Source of the DNA: Podarcis filfolensis | Taxonomy: Eukaryota | Length of the DNA: 64,000 bases | Assembly (NCBI GenBank): GCA_964270895.1 | Contig: OZ185435.1 | Strand: one strand, 5' to 3' | In this document: positions 12,501 to 21,500 of the stretch, in pieces | How the letters are laid out: every line of letters starts with the position of its first letter | Numbering within the stretch: the first letter of the stretch is position 1 | Notes under the pieces: model-generated | What the model was told of the DNA's origin: nothing | The model's database searches: none | Seen by the model: only the letters and a program-made list of their open reading frames with translations | Program-made: the position numbers and the translations under genes

Positions 12501-15500
12501 AAAATTGAACGGAGAATGTAAAAATGATAATTTTCTGTAGTTTAATACTGGAGGTCTACATTGTTTAGAAGAGATCAAATTACTATTCTTTCAGGGCAGT
12601 AATAGAAAATCTATCCCTAGTCCAAGCTTTCTAGCGTTTTGTTCAGAAAATGAATTTTTAGAAATGGAGGTGTAATGTGGCAACAAAAATTAATCCTGTC
12701 AGGCAAAGTGTGGAAATGGTTACATAAATTTCTACATAAGATTTAATAGAGAAGTATAACTCTGCTCCCTGGGCTTTCTTAACAGTCGAAGCTTTCTCTT
12801 CTGCTTGAAAGGTATGGACTTCTGCTCCTGACCTTTTGTTAATTTTGGAAAAAAATCTGGAAGAACTTCATTCTGAGTAGAGCACATCTATCAAACCTAT
12901 ATACTTTATCAAGATCTAAATGGATTGTTAGCAACTTTATTTAGAAAAGATATTTTCACTTGCTCTTGTAAGATTGATCAAAAGGGTACATGGGCATGCA
13001 TTCCTTTCCATTGATCTTATAACTTGCATACAGGCATTTTTACCTGTAAACTTTACACACCAATCTTCAAATAAAGAGTTGACTTTATGGATTATTATGC
13101 CATGTATTTTAAGATAGAGGTGTCATGTTTTGATTTTTACATGGAATAATTCAGACAACACTGAATAAAGTTTTCAGGAGGTGCTTGGGCCACAAAATTT
13201 ATGAAGCATTAATGTATGTTTGTTCTCTTAATAGCAGATGGCAGAAGAAAGCAGAAACAGGTATGGATATGTGGTCATTCTTACGTTTTCTGGGCAGAAA
13301 AAAGAGCACTTGAAAGAAGCTTTGGCCCACAGTTGGGCATTCGACTGGAGGATGCCAAACTACATTGGCTAGGAAAGAGTGGCATGACGTGGGATCAGTT
13401 GATACCCAGCCTATTGCACACACGGCGGCGTCTAACAGATCCTGATATATTGGTGGTCCATCTAGGAGGAAATGACCTTGGGACATACGCAGATTATGAT
13501 ATCATAAGACAAATGAAGAAAGATATAATACATATTAAGATAACATTCAAGAACAGCATCCTTGTCTGGTCTAATATTGTACCCCGCAAAGCATGGAGCC
13601 AAGATATGTCCCATGAATTTATGGAGAAAAGCAGGAAGAGAGTAAATCGGGAAATCGGCAGTTTTATGGAACGTATTGGAGGGATTATAATCAAACACGA
13701 TTCACTTGTCCCAGAATCTCCAGGATTGTTCCATCTAAATGGTGTTCTCTTGTCTGAAAGTGGCACAGATGTCTTCAACATGGATTTATTAAGTGTTTTG
13801 GAGACTTTGATCTAACTTTTTCTTTGGAGAAGGAATAATAGATTTCAGTTTAAGCAAGTATGGAAGGTCTCTACAGACAGAGATTATTAGAAGGTTGTGA
13901 ACGGTGGTAATTTGAATTTTCAGGCAGTGGAATTGCACTGTTAATATGGTGGTGGGTATTAATTTAGTAATGTAATTGCTAGTGGCATTGTTCTGCAACC
14001 ACTGCAGTAAGACATTTGCCGATATATTTAACTGTTTGTTTTTTTAAAATTCTGTTTACTTCCCCACCCCCCTGAATTCAGTTTGCTTCTACAGTGTGCT
14101 TAGAGACACTGCCAAGCAGTTTAGTTTCCCTGATTGATATTCCCATCCGAAAAATGCTCAGTGAATAGCACGAGGTGATAGCTACCTAAAATATGGGTGC
14201 AGTAATAGCTTACAAAGCTATTTTATGTGGGTAGATCAGAAAAAACATCATAAAAAATATGTAACTTTGGAAAAGGTGAGTCTGACTAGAGCAGGAAAAC
14301 AAACTGAAGCATTAGGGCTTCATTATACATGGACTCACATGTTACTCTAGTTATATGTTAATCACTTATGCTTCATGAGTGTTTATTAACATATGGCAGG
14401 CTCAGAGGTAAAATTCTTAATAAACCATAGTTCATTAAGCAAGAATAAGCATCAAGCTTATTCCTGCCTCCCCATGTGTGCCAGGTTCAGCCCAAGCTGC
14501 TTTTAAGTCACACTTTCCTCTGAAATGGGGAATTGAGGTTTAATACAACTTTGCAAATCAGATTTCAGATGCTGGTTAGTAAATCAACATTAAACCAGTG
14601 CTCCCAATTTCAGACATAATGGGAAACTGAGTTAAAGAGCCTGGGCTCAAAGTACTAAAACCAGCCTAAACACCAGATGCTTGCACCAGATGCTCCTTCA
14701 TGGCTTATTCAACCAGGAATGTCACATCCAAAATCCTATATAAGTTTTAGACGCTGAAAGTTTTAAATGTTACTCTGCAAGACATTCATTGCAAAAGATC
14801 ATGACTGCCCAGAGCTATTATGGCACTTGTTAAAACTGTGTGAAGGTACATATTCTGCTTACCTCGAAGCTTGTTGAACTGTCTGACAGTGACTGTATGA
14901 CAGTTTTGCCACGTTTTGCTTTGGCATTACTGTGTCACCTTTCCTGGAAAAAAAGGCAGATCACCTGCATCAGAATTTGCTTTAAAAATACAATCTAATA
15001 GAATGACCATTTTTCACAATCACTGTTAGTACTTACTAGGAAACAAATTACAGGGAAGCATATGCTTTTTTTATTTTAAAAGAACCCTGCCGTGAACTTG
15101 ATTATTCTTAAGGAGAGTTGGTTGTGAATGAAGCCACATAAGACAATATCCTTCAGTGTTTCGGTAGCACATTTTATGTAAATTCCTTTTATGATGTAAT
15201 GTGCCTTTCACAAACGAGAGAGCTTAACTTCAGTGGCTTATTCACCTTCCCAGCTTCTCTGAAATCAGGTCAATATCCAGATGAATTCTGGATTCGTTGG
15301 TATTGTGGTTTTAAATGGTCAGTACTTCCAAATATGATATCAATCTTGTAGGTTGATGTTGGAAGCTAAAATTTAGCACAAATGTGATTCTGGAATGCAA
15401 GGGCAACAGGAATAGAATGTAGCAGACAGATATTGACTAGACTTGAACTTTACTGCAGTTTAAGATGAATGCTTGGATTACATTTATATTTTTTTACATA

Positions 15501-18500
15501 ACCTCTCTTTGCATACCACTCTGGAAATTTCCCACTAGATTGGGGGAGAACTATATAGCCTTTGGGAGGGACAGGAGCAGAATTCTACATGTTTATAGTG
15601 CGGTCCAGCTCATTCCCTTAAGGACATGGCAGGCGCTTACTGGTGCTTACAACTGACTATAGCCTTCATTTTGAATACTTGCTTGTAGTAGGGACGTTAA
15701 GTTCCAATATGGATCTGGGCCTATCTTTTCTACCTTTTTGATGTTGGGCAATGCTGTTTGATCCATCTAATTTGTATAACTTGGAGATTTGTGTTCTAAC
15801 AATAAAATACTAGTATTTATTTCTTAGTCCTTACATTCTTTGTTAGCGAACACTGAATGATGCGAATTTTTTTTATAAAGACAATTGAGGAAAGATGTTC
15901 TTTGGGTTGCTAATTGTACTTGTTGAAACACTTCTTGATTCAGCCCACAGTCAAACATCCCAGAAATGGTGATACTTTCCTCAGCTATACTTAGGTTGTA
16001 TAAAAATAGCGTGTTTAAGTAAGCTACTACTACTCATAATTTTATTAAAGCAAAACTTTCAAGAGCTGTTGCTATCAGTAATTGGTGACCATTATCTGCA
16101 TGAGGTAAAAGTAAAGCTTTGGATCCAGACTTTGTCTTACATAAGTTGAAAGGACTTCTACTTGTACTAAGCAGCTTACCGATCTCCCCCTTCAACTGCA
16201 TTTCCTCACCACCCATCTCATACTGTTCTTGAGGTTCCCTCTACTCTCAAGGGTGGTTTTTTGGGAGAATGCAAGGGAAAGCTTTCAGGCAAAACAGTGT
16301 TGCTTTTTGGATCCATGGTATTCATTTTGTTGGGGCTGTTAAAATTTAGTTACCACTGCTGTTGAGTACTATATATGGTTTACTTACGGTTGGTATATAG
16401 TATTTCAAGTATATTGCATGTTTATGAATGAGCAACAAATATTAAGTTTGCTTTTATATTTTCATGTTAGCTCACAGCGTCTCCCTTGCTTGCACATCTG
16501 TACGAACAAGGTGGCCTTTCAGAAATCTTTGTTCTTGTTGGAATACTCCAGTTTCTTGGGGAACTGGAATATAGCAGTGAGCAGAGCAACATCTTCCACA
16601 GGGTCTCTTTGATTTGCAGACTTAATTAAGCTTTGGGGGGTAAGTAGCAGTTATATAATTAGAATGGAATCCCCTAAAAAGACTAGTAGAGATGGATATC
16701 AGGGTTCATTCTTCTTAGATTTCTTTCCGTAAATATATTAACATTCAGGTGTTCAGAGTTCACTTATGTTATCATGGAGCAGGATCCCAATGCACAAGTG
16801 AAAAGCACTTCTACTGGGCAAGAGGTGGAATTTCCTTCTGATGGAAATTCCTTGCAGCTCATGGGGGCCATTACGGAGGGCTCTCCAACCTTGGCTGTTG
16901 GGCCACTAGAAGCAGGGTCTGAGAAAGAAGAGACCATAGCTCAATGAGCAGATATTTTGTCTGCTGAAGATGTGTCAGGTTAAATTCCTGGCATTGCCTG
17001 GTAAAAGGTTCAGTGAAGATTGACCCCAGGCTGATATCAATGTTCTTTCCTTTCAATTTTTATTCTCAGAGAATGTTTTTTTTGCTCAAGAATATAAGCT
17101 GCATATTAAGGGTTTATGGCAGTATTAATCTTAAGGTACTTAATTTGTGGGGTGGGGGTGGAGGTTACTACCTTATCTGAAGAAATGTCTTACCTGAAGT
17201 TCAACTAAACAGAGGCCTAGTAAGGCAGTATTTTCTGGAAGTCATTCAAACTGGTTATAGGGCCCCCAGCTGATGGACTTCCACAATGTATTAATCCTTT
17301 AAAATGGACTGTCTACTCTGGCAGTTCTGATACAGCTAAAGCAATTTAGCCTGTTTAATCTTGCACTTCCATCTTTCAGTGTTAATATTTTGTTTGACAT
17401 CATACCCCTCCTGAAAAGTCAACTGAAAAGATAATTAAAATTCTTTTCTAGTTAATAATTGAGGAATACACCATTATTACATGTTACATTTCACATTGTC
17501 CTGCTGGTGGTGATATATAGTCATCATTATTAAATTAAATTAAACATCAGTTTCTTCCATTGCCAAGTTGATATTTGGCTGTTTCTTTTCTGTCTGAGTC
17601 AACTGCTAGTCTGCAGTACTATAAGGTCAGTACCATAAGGTCAGCTCTGAAACTAGACTCTGTATAGCAAAGGTTAAATGTCTGAGTTTTCCCTTGGACG
17701 TATGGCTGCATGCCAGGAACTCTTCTCTAAGGGTGGCTAATTATGGAAGTGATTGAAAATGTTAAGGGTTCATGTTCTTGAAGGTGCTCTTCAAATCAAG
17801 TGCTCCTGGTATGAATTGGTATACGGTGGTAGCCTGTCTTGTTCTCTGTACATCTAAAACCATATATTTGTACATGCAGACTTATTTCTCTGACTTTATT
17901 TAAGCTCTAGACAAAAGCTTCATAAATAAACAGCTTTGACCAAGAAGTTGTAACTGGTTCTAAGATATATTTATATGATATATGCTTATGGTAGTTAGAA
18001 AACTGGGGCATGTGGAAATGTGGGTCTAGCACTTGAATAGGATTTTGTTTTGCTGGCTTTTTCAAGATCATTTTCTGGATGACCATATAGGCTGATAATC
18101 CTAAATTAGCATTGAGTAGACCCGCTGAAATAAGTGGTCTTAAGTCCATTGATCTAAATGGGTTTACTTCTGAATGAGTAATATTTGATATCACCCATAG
18201 TTGCTTTGAACAGTGTTTACCTTCCTCTTTAGCACAGCTTACTCAGTTGAGCCAAGTGGTTTGTTCGTTTTGTTCAGGTTTTTCTTTTTTGAGGATTTTC
18301 TTTTTTTGCTGTTGCCCAATTTTAATACAGTTTCTGAAGCAGGGGATTATCAAAATAAGGTTAAGTTACTTTTTGAAACTGCCTTCATGATTTTCTTACT
18401 CTGAATAATTCGTTTTAAACAGGACAAGTCTAGACAGTAGTAGAAGAAGATAAAACCTGGTATGGAAAACACAGAAATGGATAGTTTCAGAACAGAACCT

Positions 18501-21500
18501 TCATTTATTTTGTTGAAACTGTTATCTAGATCATTCAGAAGAAAACGATGCAACATGTTGCAATTTAGGACCAATTTCTGCAGTAAACTCTTGCGTGGAG
18601 CTGTCTTCAGGCACAGGAATATGCAACAGAGGGTGAATGGGGAAAACACTTAAGAGAACCTCATTAGTGATTTGAGATGGTACTTGAAATTCAACCAAAA
18701 GTAGCCCTTGCTCTTTTTATTAGGAGCAAGTGTAAGTGTGTGTTTACTTGATGGATAAGGGGGCAAAATATGCAAAGCAGTCTTCAGGCACTTGGTGCTG
18801 CATAGCTCCCAAATAATGCAGATCACCTGTCAAAAGCTTTTGTTATCACTATGTTGTGGAAATGGGCTCTACACATTTTCATCTGCCCGATCTACCAGGC
18901 TTCCTTGGAATTTGGCAATGCAGATAATCACATGCTGACATCACTGCAAACCTACCTTAAGTCTGCCAGAATACTTGTTTTCATTTGTCCTACCACATAG
19001 CTAGTCTGGTCTTAATCTTTTAAAGGCAAACTTTGATGAATTCTTAAATCAGTTGAGAGGGATTAAAGGGTTACATCTTTTGATGTACATAAACATATTT
19101 GCTTAGATCACTTAAGTTACACTCCTATGTTTGGCTAGTTAAAACGTCTGAATGTTTGCAGTTCACTCAAATCACCTGAGATTATATTATAGAACGTCTA
19201 CTACATACTGTTTTGCGTTGGGTCTTTTCAGTAGTTGGGACAGCACTTGATGACACAACACATTCCATGGTGCCCCTCTAAAGCTAAAAGAATATCAAAC
19301 AATATCCTGGCTTCCATCTCTGTTTTAGCTTGAATTATACTTGTTTTCTTGTTGCACAAGTATTTGAATAAATGTTTTAACAACAAGCTATGTTTTTATA
19401 TTTAATGAGAATATGGCTTGTTTTAAAAGCAACGCAACAACAATTTGTTCTAAGGATGTTGGCTCTGGCCTTTGCTTATTTCTTAGCTGTCATTTTGGAA
19501 CCTGCAGGAATTTGTTAACATGAGTTTTGATGCTTTTATTTGGGCTCGCCTTACAAATTGTATACATCTAGCAGCATGTATCAGCGTAACTGTCTGTATG
19601 TCTGTTCATTCTTCAGAAATATGCATATAATTCAAGTTGAAACTGTTAAAAGTTAAATACCAGTAATGATGTAATAGTGGGAGGCGTTTTTGGAGGTGTT
19701 GGTATTTGGAGATTTTCCAGGATGTTTTGGGGCCCCTTGTCCCATAAGAATGTCTTATTAAAATCTGTATTATTATACATTTAATACAATAGAAAATTAA
19801 TAATTCCAATCTTTGGAGAGGTGTTTATGTTTTGTTTTTGGGATAAAAGCTTCATGGGGGGAACTCAGATGATATGCAAATGTTTAGAATCAGAACTCTG
19901 AGTTGTAATAATGTTTTGTGTTCAAATAATTTTTGGTTTAAATTGCTCAACATTTGTTATGCAGAAGGGTTTCTTGATCTGACACCAGTTTTCAGTGTTC
20001 CTTACATATGATACCACGCCTATGCATACTCAAGAGAAGAGCAGAAAGACTTTAGGGAGCAATGATCAACATAACGGACATTAGCGTCAGACTTTGAACT
20101 TTGTTGGACATGAACCCAAGACAAGAATGGAAATGAGAGCAAATAAAAATAATCTGGTCTTCACTGAAATTGGTAATTGGACTTTAAAAGCATTGAAGAA
20201 ATGAAATTGTGATACTCATCCGTCATGAGTTTTATTCTGAAGATAAGAAACTGATATCCATTTAACGAAAAGAAAATGAAAGCAGGAAGAATGAAATACT
20301 GAAAATGAATTCACAATGTATCCTCATAAAGTGAAATCCCAAGTCTGGAGTCGGAAGTTCCAATCAGAGACTGTGATTCCATAAAGTTGTTTTGGCGTGA
20401 AGATCCCCCAGTGTGAATGAAGCAGCAGCAAGACAGAGCGGATTCAGAAAGAACAGCATGAACAGTCGTTTTCCGTACTTTGCTTACTTTTGCTGAGTGG
20501 ACAAAATTGCTGCAGGTGGGCTGGTCAGGAAACTGCTGGGATGGACCCATACCATACTTTCTACATACTAAGTGCTATTTGGGGCAGTGGGAACACCTCA
20601 AAAGCAAAAAGAATGGACTGATAATTGTGAAAGAGACTGTAAGAAGAAGAGTTTTAATGTTAAGAGAACACATGGATGGCGGCAAATTCAAGCTGCATAT
20701 GAAACCTGTGGGGCTCTTTGAGTTGGTGTGTTAAGGTAAAATACAATTTTTATACTAGAGTGCTGTTGCTAATTCTTGCTAGGTTTGATATAATTGTGAT
20801 GTTTGGAACCTACACAGTTTATTGAATACTTTCTTAAAATATATTTGTAGATTAGTAATGGTAGTGATTAAGACAGGGCATTCATTTTTATAAAATTTCA
20901 AGTCCTCAATGTAAGGAAACTCTTCAGACAGTGTTGTCTGTGAGGAGACAAGTGAAAAACTTGTAGATTTGAATGTGCAATGTGAATTAGTGGATGTGAG
21001 TGTTTGGAAGGAAAGGTTTTAATAAGGAAAGACCATCTTGTGCATGGCAAACATTTGGGGTTTCATGTGAACTTGGTGATAAAAAATGACTGTAGATATT
21101 TTATATGATGGTTGATGCAAAAGCAAAAGAAATATTTGTATTAAAAATAAACTAGTGTTTCATTGTTTGTAGCTCAACTCAGTGTTCCTCAAACAATAAC
21201 CAGAGCTAGTAATCTGACAGAAGCATTCTGTGTTTTCATTAAAACATTTTGAATTTGGGGGTGTATCCAAAGTAAAGTTTGAGTGGCTGAGTGGCCTGTG
21301 TTCAAGGACGATGTTTTTTCATTGTGATAGTTAGCTAATGTGTTAGTTAGCTAACACTTGAAAGCTCTATGGTTGCTTTTAAAATGTTTGCTGGTTCAAG
21401 TTCACAGTTGCACTCTGTGAGAAGATGGGCAGAACCTCCTTAAGCTGGGAAAGTGCAATAGATTATTAAGCAACTTAGGAGTTCATGGGTACACCTTTTG

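Noticed and set aside
13216-13237. ATG start of the 199-aa ORF as a stand-alone gene (MFVLLIAD...)
   Set aside because: The first codons are the translated pyrimidine tract and acceptor, and no promoter or CpG island is nearby; entry by splicing is the simpler reading, though not excluded.
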